Source: Candidatus Bathyarchaeia archaeon
GTDB lineage: Archaea; Thermoproteota; Bathyarchaeia; Bathyarchaeales; Bathycorpusculaceae
Direction: 5' to 3'
NCBI GenBank assembly: GCA_038882975.1
Contig: JAVZNE010000002.1
Location: forward strand, 96,001 to 160,000
Length of the DNA: 64,000 nucleotides
Positions 37,209 through 47,468 of this stretch are shown here, piece by piece (positions within the stretch are counted from its first letter, which is position 1; each line of letters begins with the position of its first letter). A program made the translations under genes and the position numbers. The notes beneath the pieces were generated by a model. The model did not search any database and had not been told where the DNA came from. It saw only the letters and a program-made list of their open reading frames with translations.

Positions 37209-38390
37209 TTGAAGTTGCAATTTAAGGCAGCCGAACGCCTGAAATGCATAAAGCCCTCTGGAATTCGCCGATTTTTTGCTTTGGCCCAAGAAATTCCCGA
37301 TATAATTAATTTAAGTGTGGGGGAGCCGGATTTTACGCCGCCCATACACGCCCTAGAGGGAGGTTGGAAGGCCACATTAGCGGGTAAAATACACTACGCT
37401 CCAACAAATGGTATCCCAGAACTTAGAGAGGCTCTAGCTGAGAAGGCTCGTGTGGAATACGGCCTTCAATATGACCCAAAATCTGAGGTATTAGTAACTG
37501 TTGGCGGGACAGAGGCGATTTCCCTTGCCTTGATGGCGCTAGTTAATCCTGGTGATGAAGTGTTGATACCTAATCCTGGTTTTGTCTGTTATGAGCCTAG
37601 CGTTAGATTGGCGGGCGGCATTCCCGTTTCAATCCCCATTTTGGAGAAAAATGGGTTTAAGCCCTCTATTGATGATGTGACGTCACTTATCACGGAAAAA
37701 TCACGTGTGATGATTCTAAACTATCCAAACAATCCGACAGGGACGATTCTATCATACAATGAGCTTAAGGCGTTAGCCAAAATTGCTGTTGAACGTGATT
37801 TGATTGTGATTTCGGATGAAGTCTACGAGAAAATAATATACGATGGAGAAAAGCACCACTGCGTGGCGACTTTTCCGGAAATGCGGGAGCGCACATTAGT
37901 TGTAAACTCTTTTTCTAAAACCTATGCAATGACCGGTTTAAGGGTTGGTTATGTTTACGGTCCTAAGGAGCTTATCGCCCCTCTATGGCTCTGCCACCAG
38001 TATTTTGTTGCTTGTGTAGATACTTTTGCGCAGTATGCCGCGTTAGCCGCCTTAGAAGGGCCACAGGGCTTCGTTAAGGAGATGGTAGCTGAATTTAATA
38101 GGCGAAGACTTTTTGTTTTTAAGAGACTGAATGAGATTGGTGGATTTAGCTGTGTCCTTCCGAAAGGCGCTTTTTACATGTTCCCAAGCATAAAGGCCTT
38201 TAACATGTCTTCAGAGGATTTTGCCCAATTCCTACTTAAAGAGGCACGAGTTGCCACCGTTCCGGGTTCTGCTTTCGGTTCTTATGGTGAAGGGTACATT
38301 AGAATTTCCTATGCCGCAGCTTATGAACAGTTGGAAGAGGCTTTCAACAGCATAGAGAAAGCCGTTAAAAAAATCAAGGGCCATTTTTAG
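37209..38390 (+). CDS. PLP-dependent aminotransferase class I/II (aspartate aminotransferase-like)
   Basis: GEPDF, NYPNNPTG, SDEVY, SFSKTYAMTGLRVG. Confidence 0.92.
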   Translation: MKLQFKAAERLKCIKPSGIRRFFALAQEIPDIINLSVGEPDFTPPIHALEGGWKATLAGKIHYAPTNGIPELREALAEKARVEYGLQYDPKSEVLVTVGGTEAISLALMALVNPGDEVLIPNPGFVCYEPSVRLAGGIPVSIPILEKNGFKPSIDDVTSLITEKSRVMILNYPNNPTGTILSYNELKALAKIAVERDLIVISDEVYEKIIYDGEKHHCVATFPEMRERTLVVNSFSKTYAMTGLRVGYVYGPKELIAPLWLCHQYFVACVDTFAQYAALAALEGPQGFVKEMVAEFNRRRLFVFKRLNEIGGFSCVLPKGAFYMFPSIKAFNMSSEDFAQFLLKEARVATVPGSAFGSYGEGYIRISYAAAYEQLEEAFNSIEKAVKKIKGHF

Positions 38391-39220
38391 AATTCTTCCG
38401 CCTTTTCTTTTAATTTGGCGAAGAGGTCCGGGCGCAAGTCCTTTAATGTTGGGACGAAGGCTTCTACAGGTTTTATGTCAGCGTAGTCCACTTCGCCTAC
38501 CACAAGATCTTCCTCATCGTATTTCGCTTTTGCAATGATCTTTCCGTTGGGAGCTATTAGCCTGCTTCCACCCCAGAACTGCAACCCGTCTTCTATACCC
38601 ACAAGGTTAACATATGCCAGAAATGCGGCGTTTTCGATAGCTCTTGCAACCGTTAGAGTTTCAAAGAATGATTTGCGAACAGCTGGTGAAGCTGAAATAC
38701 AAACAATTAGTTGTGCACCTTCGAGGCGTGTTAGCCGACAAACTTCTGGAAAGAAGATGTCATAACATATGATTAGCCCAACTTTCCCGATGTTCGTATC
38801 AAATGTGCCAACATGATAGCCTGGCCTAAAATACCTTTTTTCTTCAAAAACGCTGTGGGTTGGTAAGTACATCTTCCTATATTTCCCAATGTAGCCTTCC
38901 GGTCCCACAAGAACCGCGGAATTATAAATTGTTGCCTGCGCCTTTTCGCTGAGTTCCGGCATTCCAAACACTATATGGGCTTCGTGTTTTTTTGCGATTT
39001 TTTCTATGGCGTTTGTTGATGGCCCAGGAATTTTTTCTGCTAGTTCATAAAGCTCGTCCCTTATTGTATAGCCTGTCACTGAGAGTTCAGGGAAAATAAC
39101 AAGTTCTGCGCCTTGCTGTTTTGCTCTTACCGTGTATTCTTCAATTTTTTGTATGTTTGACTTTTTATCTCCCCTTTGGCAGCTTATTTGGGCAAGAGCA
39201 GTTAAGAATTTCTCTTTCAA
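38387..39220 (-). CDS. Carbon-nitrogen hydrolase (nitrilase superfamily)
   Basis: Glu-Lys-Cys triad: IFPEL, YRKMYLP, ICYDIFFPE; RAIEN. Confidence 0.9.
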   Translation of the reverse strand: MKEKFLTALAQISCQRGDKKSNIQKIEEYTVRAKQQGAELVIFPELSVTGYTIRDELYELAEKIPGPSTNAIEKIAKKHEAHIVFGMPELSEKAQATIYNSAVLVGPEGYIGKYRKMYLPTHSVFEEKRYFRPGYHVGTFDTNIGKVGLIICYDIFFPEVCRLTRLEGAQLIVCISASPAVRKSFFETLTVARAIENAAFLAYVNLVGIEDGLQFWGGSRLIAPNGKIIAKAKYDEEDLVVGEVDYADIKPVEAFVPTLKDLRPDLFAKLKEKAEEF

Positions 39221-39232
39221 ATTTCCCCTTCC

Positions 39233-40087
39233 TTATCGTGCGAACGGTATCCTAAAATCAAACCCAACAGTCCTATATTGAAGTTTTGTTGCAAGCGGCA
39301 TTCTTCTCTTATGCTCCATTTTTCGCCAACGCTCTTTCACCCTTTCCACCAAGCCTTTTTGTATGCCCAACTGTTCTGCTATTTCTTCTGTTTTCATGAA
39401 GTGCTCAAGCCCGTATAAGATAAGGTCCAATGTTTCATATTTTATCCCTAATTCCTCCTCTGCTGTTTGCCCCGGCCACAATGTTGGGGATGGTGGTTTT
39501 TCCACGATTTCTTTTGGTATGCCCAAATGCCTTGCGAGTTTTTTCACTTGCGTTTTGTATAGGTCCATTATTGGGGATATGTCTGCTGCGGCGTCCCCCC
39601 ATTTTGTGAAGTAGCCCATTAGAGTTTCTGATTTGTCAGAGCTCCCGCATACTATCAGGTTTAGCTTGTTGGCGTAATAATAAAGGTAGAGCATTCGCGT
39701 TCGCGCCTTTAGGTTTCCTTTTGAAAGTTTATCTTCAGCATCAAAAATTGGTATTGTTTTTTGAAGAGCCTCCAATGCCGGTGTAATATCTATAGTCTCC
39801 GTTCTCAGTCCAAACTTCTCTGTCACAAGCCTTGCGTGTTCCATGTCTCTAGGGTTATAGGTTTCCTTCTCTGGAAGCATGAGCCCCAAAACCTTGTTTC
39901 CTCCGATGGCTTTTGCGGATAGTGCTGCTACAGTGCTGCTGTCTATGCCTCCAGAAAGCCCTAAAACTATGCCGTTAGCCTTTGCCTTTTCCACATAACC
40001 CTTTATAAAATGCTTTATTTTTTCTTCCACTTCCGCCCAATCTAACTCCAAAGCTGATGGTGTTAGTTTCAAGGTTTTCATCCTCAA
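39233..40087 (-). CDS. nadE: NH3-dependent NAD+ synthetase
   Basis: LGLSGGIDS, NLKARTRM, GYFTKWGD, DLYKTQV, HKRR. Confidence 0.95.
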   Translation of the reverse strand: MRMKTLKLTPSALELDWAEVEEKIKHFIKGYVEKAKANGIVLGLSGGIDSSTVAALSAKAIGGNKVLGLMLPEKETYNPRDMEHARLVTEKFGLRTETIDITPALEALQKTIPIFDAEDKLSKGNLKARTRMLYLYYYANKLNLIVCGSSDKSETLMGYFTKWGDAAADISPIMDLYKTQVKKLARHLGIPKEIVEKPPSPTLWPGQTAEEELGIKYETLDLILYGLEHFMKTEEIAEQLGIQKGLVERVKERWRKMEHKRRMPLATKLQYRTVGFDFRIPFAR

Positions 40088-40173
40088 TGTTTATGGGATT
40101 AGGCAAGTATTTAAGGACGAAGATGGGATAATGAATAGTGTAGCCTTAAACACTCTACATGAAGGATTGGTGT

Positions 40174-40443
40174 ATGGGGCGTAGAAGGCGGAAGGTTGTC
40201 CGTATTCCAAAGAAACGTTTGCCAAAATTCTTTTCCTGCCCTATCTGTGGAAAGGCGTCAGTTCGTGTGGAAATGTTCCGAGAAGAAGGGAGAGCCGTTG
40301 TAAGCTGCGGTAACTGCGGCGCGAAGGAAGAATTTCCAGTTAAGGGTGCCCTCGGTGAGATAGACGTGTACTGCATGTTCACCGACAAAATTTACACAGG
40401 TGTCAGAAGGCTACCCGCCCCAGAGGTTAAAGAAGCAGCGTGA
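40174..40443 (+). CDS. elf1: Transcription elongation factor Elf1
   Basis: MGRRRRK basic N-terminus, FSCPICG...[14 protein letters not shown]. Confidence 0.88.
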   Translation: MGRRRRKVVRIPKKRLPKFFSCPICGKASVRVEMFREEGRAVVSCGNCGAKEEFPVKGALGEIDVYCMFTDKIYTGVRRLPAPEVKEAA

Positions 40444-40458
40444 AAGGATGGATAGCCC

Positions 40459-41211
40459 TTGATAGGAGTTGTTGAAAAATATTTGCTGGATAAAATCAGC
40501 TCGGAAGGCTCAATCCACATAACCCTAATCGACCCCGAAAAAGTCACGCCTTCCCAAGCTTCAGCAATCGCCAGAAGGGCGAGGGCAAGTGGGACGTCGG
40601 CAATTATGATAGGCGGCTCCACCTTCATCTCAGCTAAGCATCTGGACGATGTTGTTAAGACTGTTAAGCGGGCTGTAGACATTCCGATAATCCTATTTCC
40701 CAACAACATCACTAGTATAAGCCGTTATGCGGACGCCATATGGTTCATGTCTCTCCTAAACTCCCTCGACCCATACTTCATAGTGGGTGCGCAAGTTTTA
40801 GGTGCACCCTTAATCAAGCGGTATCGCTTAGAACCAATTCCGCTGGGCTACATTATTGTTGGCGAAGGTGGAACAGCTGGCATTGTGGGGAAGGCGGTTC
40901 CAATACCCTATGACAAGCCAGAATTGGCTGTTGCCCATGCTTTGGCAGGGCAGTATTTGGGTATGCGTTTCATCTACCTTGAGGCGGGTTCAGGTGCTAA
41001 AAAGCCTGTTCCCAAAGAAATGATAGGCGCCGTGAAGAAAAACATAGATGTTCCTTTAATTGTTGGTGGAGGGATAAGAACAAGAGCGCAGGCACTGATG
41101 GCGGCGTCGGCGGGCGCTGATATCATTGTTACCGGTAATGTTGTTGAGAACGGTCATGTTAGAGATAAGGTTTCAGAGATTGTTGAGGGCTTGAAGAACT
41201 GTAAAGTGTGA
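40459..41211 (+). CDS. Geranylgeranylglyceryl phosphate synthase
   Basis: TLIDPEK, IMIGGS, YLEAGSGA, VGGGIR, IVTGN. Confidence 0.92.
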   Translation: MIGVVEKYLLDKISSEGSIHITLIDPEKVTPSQASAIARRARASGTSAIMIGGSTFISAKHLDDVVKTVKRAVDIPIILFPNNITSISRYADAIWFMSLLNSLDPYFIVGAQVLGAPLIKRYRLEPIPLGYIIVGEGGTAGIVGKAVPIPYDKPELAVAHALAGQYLGMRFIYLEAGSGAKKPVPKEMIGAVKKNIDVPLIVGGGIRTRAQALMAASAGADIIVTGNVVENGHVRDKVSEIVEGLKNCKV

Positions 41212-41345
41212 TATTCCTTAAAGGGTTGCATTTTCTTGTATAAAACTTGATAGCCTTGATGCATTAAGACGTTGGAGACTTTGCTTTTTACGTGTTAGAA
41301 AACAAAAATATGCAAACGTTGCCAAATGAGGTACCGAGTGATTAA

Positions 41346-44300
41346 TTGGGCATACAGATGAGCAAAACCTACGAGGAATACGTTGAGGCTTTAGAAAAGC
41401 AACTCGAGCAGTTGTATAGCATAGCCACTAAAGCCCGAGAAAGGGGTTTTGACCCCGAATTTGAGCCAGAATGCACTGTTGCAAGGGACATGGCTGACCT
41501 TATTGAGGGGCTTGTTGGTCCAAAAGGTGTTGCAGAAAGAATTCGAGAGTTAAGCTCAAAACTTTCAAGGGAGGAGCTTGCCTTCAAAATTGCTGAGGAA
41601 ATTGTCTATGGAAAGTTTGGACATTTGGAGCCGGAGGCTGCTGCTGAACAAGCCATTCGCACAGCCTTAGCCATTCTCACGGAAGGCGTCACCGCCGCCC
41701 CAATACAAGGAGTCGCGCAGGTCAAGATAAAAACCAACCATGATAGGTCAAAGTATTTGGCTATATACTTTGCCGGTCCTATACGCTCTGCCGGTGGCAC
41801 AGACCAAGCACTTACACTTGTTATTGGTGATTTTGTCCGTAAGATTCTGGGGCTTGACCGTTATAAGCCCACTGAGGAGGAAATTGCTCGCTTCATTGAG
41901 GAGATTAGGCTTTACGAGCGCAATGTAAGCCGCTTCCAATATCACGTTTCAGATGAAGAGTTGCAGAGGGCTCTTCGCTGGTTGCCCGTAGAAGTTACTG
42001 GCACGGAATCCAATCTTGTGGAAGTTTCCTCCTACCGCAACCTGCCCCGTATCGAAACTAATAGGGTTCGCGGTGGGGCGCTTCGCGTAGTTAATGATGG
42101 AGTTGTTGGGCGAGCTTCTAAGGTTTGGGCTATTGTGGAGAAACTTGGGATTCAAGGCTGGGATTGGCTCAAGGAAATTCGAAAAATGTCTGAGAAGAAG
42201 CCAGCCGGTTTTATGGATGACATTGTTGCAGGGCGTCCCATATTCTCCTTCCCAAGTAGGCGGGGCGGTTTTCGCTTGCGCTATGGAAGGGCAAGAAACA
42301 CGGGATTGACCGCCGTGGGCGTCCATCCAGCTGCAATGCTCGTCCTTCAAGGCTTCATTGCAGCTGGGACCCAACTTCGCCTTGAGCTTCCGGGAAAAGG
42401 CGGCATCGCGGTACCTGTTGATACTTTAGAGCCTCCAATAGTTAAATTAAGAGATGGTTCTGTTGTGCGCGTCACCGTGGAAAACTTCAGCGATGTTAAA
42501 GATAAAATTGAGAAAATCTTGTTTTTGGGCGATATCCTCATCAGTTTTGGTGATTTCCTTTACCAAGGAAAAAGCCTTGTTCCCACCGGGTATGTTGAAG
42601 AGTGGTGGGTTGAAGATTTAAGAAAAGCCATTACTGAAAGATTTGGAGGAGATTTAGAAAAAGCAGTGGCAGCCACCCGAATATCCGGCGAGAGGCTTAG
42701 AAGATTTCTCGAAAACCCGTTTGTTAATAAGCCGACGTGCAAAGAGGCTATAACGCTTTCCTTGAGCGTTGGAATTCCGCTTCATCCCACCTTCACTTTT
42801 TTCTGGTCTGGTTTAGGTTCTGTTGAAGAGCTTAAGCTTCTTAGGGATTGGCTGGCTTCAGCTGAAGTGGAGCATGATGGGGATTACGCCCGATGCATAG
42901 TTGGCAAGATGGAAAAGAATGTTAAAAAGGCTTTAGAGGCGATATGCCTACCCCATAAAGTGATAGGGGACAAAATAGTTGTTGAAGGGGATGACGCGTG
43001 TGCCTTCGCCTTCTGCCTTGGCATCAAAAATTCCAGCAACGATTTTCGCTCATCTGGAGATATTTTGGAGGCTATTAGAGGGCTCTGTAGCATAGTTGTT
43101 AAGGATAAGGCTTCAACCTTTGTTGGAGCAAGAATGGGACGTCCTGAAAAGGCTAAGAGGCGGGAGATGAAGCCCCTCGTGCATGTTTTGTTCCCAGTGG
43201 GTTTGGCTGGCGGTTCTCAAAGGGATATCTTGGAGGCTGCTGAACATGAAAATGTTTACGTGGAAGTTGTCAAACGCAGATGCCCATCATGTAAAACAAA
43301 CACCCTTGGAATAAGGTGTCCTGCATGTGGTTCTGAAACTGTTCTAGAGTATGCTTGCCCAAGGTGTGGTAGGTCGCTTAACGATGGTGGTGAATGCCCA
43401 GTTTGCAACGTGCCAGCGGTTCCTTATCAGAGGCAGAATATTAACATAAAGGAGTTACTTGATCAAGCATGTTCTCGTCTAAGTGTTTCAGCACTAAAGA
43501 TTTTGAAGGGTGTTAAGGGCTTAACCAACGAGACCAAAACTCCTGAAACTCTCGAGAAGGGTGTTTTGCGGGCGAAGTACGACTTGTCCGTTTACAAGGA
43601 TGGAACTGTTCGCTTTGATGCCACCAATGCCCCATTAACACATTTTAAACCGTCAGAGGTAGGAGTCTCGGTGGAAAAACTTGTTAAGCTTGGCTACACG
43701 ACCGACGCTTATGGCAATCCCTTAACAAGACCTGACCAAATATGCGAACTGAAAATGCAGGACGTTATCATCCCGATTAAATGTGCGGAATACTTTGTCC
43801 GTGTGGCAAACTTTGTTGACGAACTTCTGGTGAAGGTTTATGGATTGCCACCATTCTACAATGTTAGGCGGGTTGAAGACCTTGTTGGGCATCTAGTCGT
43901 TGGTTTGGCGCCTCACACGTCTGTTGGTATCCTAGGTCGGATAATTGGTTTTACAAATTTGAATGTTTGTTATGCCCATCCAATTTGGCATTCTGCCAAG
44001 CGTAGGGACTGCGACGGCGACGAGGACGCCCTAATGCTTGCATTAGATACGCTGCTAAACTTTTCAAGGGTTTTCTTGCCATCGCAGATTGGGGGGATAA
44101 TGGACGCGCCCTTGCTGTTAATCTCTGTTGTTAACCCAAGAGAGGTGCAAAGACAGGCGCACGATTTTGATGTGGCTGATAGCTATCCCTTAGAGTTTTA
44201 CCTGAAAACTTTGGAAAGGGCAGAGGCGCGACATGTTAGTCAACTGATAGACCTTATTGAGTACCGCCTTGGAACAGAAGCACAGTTTGAGGGCTACCGC

Positions 44301-44762
44301 TTCACAATACCTGTTTCAAACATTAATGTGGGGAATGAAGAAAGCGCTTACAAACGTTTCAAAACTATGGTGGAAAAACTTAACGGTCAGTTGGCGCTTG
44401 CGGAGAAACTAGAAGCTGTGGACGCCAAAAAGGTCGCCTTGAAAGTTTTAACAAAACATTTCATCCGCGACATCGCTGGAAACCTTAGAGCCTTCTCAAT
44501 GCAGGGTTTCCGCTGCAAATCCTGTAATAAGCGTTTTCGCCGCTTGCCGCTGCGAGGCAGGTGTCCAACATGTGGCGGCGAGCTAACCTTAACAGTTTAT
44601 CGCGGCGGTATAGAAAAGTATCTTGAGGCTGCCGAGCACATAATTAAGAAGTATGATTTGCCGCGCTACTATAGCCAACGGATTCTGCTTGTGAGGGAGG
44701 AGATTAACTCACTCTTTGAGGGTAAAAAGCCGAAGCAAATTAGCCTAACAGACTTCGCTTAA
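41346..44762 (+). CDS. polD2: DNA polymerase D large subunit DP2
   Basis: YFAGPIRSAGGT, GFRLRYGR, RMGRPEKA, KRRDCDGDED catalytic motif, Zn fingers, C-terminal PIP-like QISLTDF; no intein. Confidence 0.97.
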   Translation: MGIQMSKTYEEYVEALEKQLEQLYSIATKARERGFDPEFEPECTVARDMADLIEGLVGPKGVAERIRELSSKLSREELAFKIAEEIVYGKFGHLEPEAAAEQAIRTALAILTEGVTAAPIQGVAQVKIKTNHDRSKYLAIYFAGPIRSAGGTDQALTLVIGDFVRKILGLDRYKPTEEEIARFIEEIRLYERNVSRFQYHVSDEELQRALRWLPVEVTGTESNLVEVSSYRNLPRIETNRVRGGALRVVNDGVVGRASKVWAIVEKLGIQGWDWLKEIRKMSEKKPAGFMDDIVAGRPIFSFPSRRGGFRLRYGRARNTGLTAVGVHPAAMLVLQGFIAAGTQLRLELPGKGGIAVPVDTLEPPIVKLRDGSVVRVTVENFSDVKDKIEKILFLGDILISFGDFLYQGKSLVPTGYVEEWWVEDLRKAITERFGGDLEKAVAATRISGERLRRFLENPFVNKPTCKEAITLSLSVGIPLHPTFTFFWSGLGSVEELKLLRDWLASAEVEHDGDYARCIVGKMEKNVKKALEAICLPHKVIGDKIVVEGDDACAFAFCLGIKNSSNDFRSSGDILEAIRGLCSIVVKDKASTFVGARMGRPEKAKRREMKPLVHVLFPVGLAGGSQRDILEAAEHENVYVEVVKRRCPSCKTNTLGIRCPACGSETVLEYACPRCGRSLNDGGECPVCNVPAVPYQRQNINIKELLDQACSRLSVSALKILKGVKGLTNETKTPETLEKGVLRAKYDLSVYKDGTVRFDATNAPLTHFKPSEVGVSVEKLVKLGYTTDAYGNPLTRPDQICELKMQDVIIPIKCAEYFVRVANFVDELLVKVYGLPPFYNVRRVEDLVGHLVVGLAPHTSVGILGRIIGFTNLNVCYAHPIWHSAKRRDCDGDEDALMLALDTLLNFSRVFLPSQIGGIMDAPLLLISVVNPREVQRQAHDFDVADSYPLEFYLKTLERAEARHVSQLIDLIEYRLGTEAQFEGYRFTIPVSNINVGNEESAYKRFKTMVEKLNGQLALAEKLEAVDAKKVALKVLTKHFIRDIAGNLRAFSMQGFRCKSCNKRFRRLPLRGRCPTCGGELTLTVYRGGIEKYLEAAEHIIKKYDLPRYYSQRILLVREEINSLFEGKKPKQISLTDFA

Positions 44763-44763
44763 A

Positions 44764-45072
44764 GTGAAACCTTTTCTACCTCTCATTGTAAAATTGCTTT
44801 TGATGGGCATGCCACGGGAAGAGTATCACCCTAACGCTTACCTTATAGACTTTAGAAACGTTAGGTTGGGCTTGAAGGCGCGAACCTTAATACTGAATTT
44901 TCTTGAGAAGTCCACTGCTGATGCTAGAACTGTTGCTAAAGAAACCGGCTTGCCCTATAATGTGGTTGTGCATCACCTTAAACTTCTGGAAGCAAGAGGA
45001 ATCGTGAAAAGGGGAGGCAAACGCCCATCTGTTTGGGCTTTAACTGGGCTTGGGCAAAAACGTTTAGGCTAA
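44764..45072 (+). CDS. Small winged-helix (ArsR-like) protein
   Basis: ARTVAKETGLPYNVVVHHLKLLEARGIV; true start probably about 44803-44809. Confidence 0.75.
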   Translation: MKPFLPLIVKLLLMGMPREEYHPNAYLIDFRNVRLGLKARTLILNFLEKSTADARTVAKETGLPYNVVVHHLKLLEARGIVKRGGKRPSVWALTGLGQKRLG

Positions 45073-45076
45073 CCAC

Positions 45077-45382
45077 TTAAAAAGTACATTGACACGGTGA
45101 GTACCCACATTTTGGGCACTTTCCATCATATTTGCCGAGGGCAGCCTTTTCCAAGTTTACACCTGTTATGTTGGCTAGTGAAGCCAACCAAGCAATGACG
45201 TCTGCAAACTCATCTTCTAATGCCTTTTTATCGTCAGTTTTTAGTGCTTCGCCCAGCTCTGCCACTTCTTCTACTAGCCATTCGAAGGTTTTTTCTACAC
45301 CTCGCTGTGAGTCTCTATGGAAGTAAAGGATTCTCATCAACTCCTGAAATTTATGTATGTGCATTTTCGTGACACCAGACAA
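45077..45382 (-). CDS. MazG-like nucleotide pyrophosphohydrolase
   Basis: LVEEVAEL...EDEFADV EEXXE/EXXD motif; C-terminal CPKC-PCQC. Confidence 0.85.
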   Translation of the reverse strand: MSGVTKMHIHKFQELMRILYFHRDSQRGVEKTFEWLVEEVAELGEALKTDDKKALEDEFADVIAWLASLANITGVNLEKAALGKYDGKCPKCGYSPCQCTF

Positions 45383-45400
45383 TCCGAGTTTGTGTTACTT

Positions 45401-45847
45401 TTAGCTTTTAAAGTTAAGTAGGGCTTTCTGTCCCTTGGTGGTTATGTGAATGACTTTTACGCCTTTCCTTTCAAGGTGGGAGGCGATGAAACGCCTATGA
45501 CAGTATTTTGGGTTTGGCTCCATGCACATGAGGCATGTCCTCTTTTGACCGGCTACCTCCAGAAGCCTCTTTATGCCTTCTCTGAAAAGTTTAGTTCGCA
45601 TGTGTCTCTTATAGCCGCCCTTTCGGTAGCCTCCTAGTTCTTTTCCAAGCCACATATATTCTATTCCATTTTCTGGCAACCACTTTTCCATTTTTTCTTT
45701 TTTGAAGTGCTCAATTTTTGAAGTTGGAAAGTGGCGGATATCTACCAGTACTTGTATTTCATGCTGCCTTAGCATTTCAAGGAAGGCATTTGTAGAGCGG
45801 TTGCTATGTCCAATGGTCCAGACGGTTACCTGTTTTCCCATCTGCAA
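45401..45847 (-). CDS. DUF488 family protein
   Basis: TIGHSNR, LVDIRHFP, ELGG, LMCME-CHRRFI. Confidence 0.88.
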   Translation of the reverse strand: MQMGKQVTVWTIGHSNRSTNAFLEMLRQHEIQVLVDIRHFPTSKIEHFKKEKMEKWLPENGIEYMWLGKELGGYRKGGYKRHMRTKLFREGIKRLLEVAGQKRTCLMCMEPNPKYCHRRFIASHLERKGVKVIHITTKGQKALLNFKS

Positions 45848-45849
45848 GC

Positions 45850-47172
45850 CTAGCGGATTTTTATGTACTGATAGGCTTCTGTTGCATTCTCGAAACAGTA
45901 GTGCACTTTCTGGTAGCCTTTTCGGAACTCCGCCACGTCAGAGGCGACTCTTACTGGCGGCTCCTTATCTATTACCACACGTTTTATGAACTCGGCTATT
46001 TCCACCATTTCTGACTCTCGCATTCCAAGCCTTGTGACCTCTGATACGCCTAGTCTTATGCCGCCTGGATGCTGGAAGTGGCGTCCTTCCTTAATGTCCC
46101 ATGGCAAGAGATTCCTATTGATTATTATGTTCGCTTTTTCCAGAGTTTCTTCTATGGTGCCCCCATCACCATACCTTGTTATGTCTATCAGAATTACGTG
46201 AGACTCTGTAAAACCTTTATGCTCAGCTAGGACATTGAAGCCTCTTTCATACAATGCTTGGGCTAAAGCCTTGGCATTCCTAACAACTTGGCGTGCATAC
46301 TCTCTTCCAAACTCAAGCAGCTCAGCAGCCGCAATCGCCACACCAGCCACTGCATGCAAGTGGTGGTTGCTCACCATTCCGGGGAAAGTGGCACGCTTTA
46401 TCTTATCGGCGTACTTCTCCCATGATAAGACTCCACCGTGTTGAGGGCCGAAAAACGTTTTGTGGGTGCTTAAGCTTACAACATCAGCGCCTTCGCGAAG
46501 TGGGTCTTGGAAGCATTTCCCAGCGATCAAACCAGCAACGTGGGCAGCATCATAACCGACGGTTCCGCCCACCGCATGTATAGTTTCCGCCAGTTCTTTC
46601 ACCGGGTGGGGAAATGGGAAGACGCTGGCTCCAAACATCACGAGTTTTGGAGGCTTTCCTTCAGCTGCAAGCTTCTCTATGCGCTGCTTCGCCTTATCCA
46701 CGTCAATGTTCAACTCCTTATAGTCCAGAGGCAGGTATTCAACCACTAAACCGTGAACCGCGCCCGCTGTGCCTCCAAGTTCTTTCTTTCCCATTGTTAT
46801 ATGTCCACCGCAAGGTATGGACAAAGCCATCATCACGTCGCCAGGCTCGGTGAAAGCTGTATAGACAACGAGGTTTGCCACGACGCCAGAAATGGGCCGC
46901 ACATCAACAAACTCGGCGTTAAACAGCCTTTTCATGAGTTCAATGCATTTAAACTCAACTTGGTCTATGAAGCGGCATCCAGCATAAACGCGTTCTCCCG
47001 GCCAGCCCTCGGCATATCTGTTTCCAAAATCTGTTGTTAATGCCTCGCGTACCGCTGGGCTTGGTATGTTTTCGCTTGCTATTAAAGGTATACATTCCCG
47101 AAACCACGCATGATGCTTCTGCAGAACATCCAACACGTATTGATATTCCTCACGTGGAGTTGGCATCGGCAT
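45850..47172 (-). CDS. glyA: Serine hydroxymethyltransferase
   Basis: LIASEN, YAEGWPGERVYAGC, DAAHVAGL, STHKTFFGPQHG. Confidence 0.96.
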   Translation of the reverse strand: MPMPTPREEYQYVLDVLQKHHAWFRECIPLIASENIPSPAVREALTTDFGNRYAEGWPGERVYAGCRFIDQVEFKCIELMKRLFNAEFVDVRPISGVVANLVVYTAFTEPGDVMMALSIPCGGHITMGKKELGGTAGAVHGLVVEYLPLDYKELNIDVDKAKQRIEKLAAEGKPPKLVMFGASVFPFPHPVKELAETIHAVGGTVGYDAAHVAGLIAGKCFQDPLREGADVVSLSTHKTFFGPQHGGVLSWEKYADKIKRATFPGMVSNHHLHAVAGVAIAAAELLEFGREYARQVVRNAKALAQALYERGFNVLAEHKGFTESHVILIDITRYGDGGTIEETLEKANIIINRNLLPWDIKEGRHFQHPGGIRLGVSEVTRLGMRESEMVEIAEFIKRVVIDKEPPVRVASDVAEFRKGYQKVHYCFENATEAYQYIKIR

Positions 47173-47288
47173 ACCTCGCTCGCATTATCGCCCTTACTAA
47201 AATAAAACTGTTTTGAGCGACAACGCAAGGTTAATAATGAAGGGGGACCACATGTTAAAATGCAAAAGCTGTTTGGAGAACGCTTCAA

Positions 47289-47468
47289 ATGAGTATTAAG
47301 AAAAAGAGGAAGAAAAGTGAGTCTTCGCCTATGCCGGCTGCAAGCGCTGGACTGCTACGATTCTTTGAAGAGGAAACAGAAGGTGTCAAAGTTAGACCAG
47401 AAATTCTAATAGCTGCAGCCATAGCCCTAATTGTGATATGCATCCTAGCACGCGTATTCTTCCGTTAA
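47289..47468 (+). CDS. secG: Preprotein translocase Sec61-beta/SecG
   Basis: Below ORF-track cutoff. Manual translation MSIKKKRKKSESSPMPAASAGLLRFFEEETEGVKVRPEILIAAAIALIVICILARVFFR (AGLLRF motif plus C-terminal TM). Confidence 0.9.
   Translation: MSIKKKRKKSESSPMPAASAGLLRFFEEETEGVKVRPEILIAAAIALIVICILARVFFR

Noticed and set aside
41346-44762. Inteins in DP2 (or Cdc6)
   Set aside because: Lengths are normal and there are no intein terminal or LAGLIDADG motifs.
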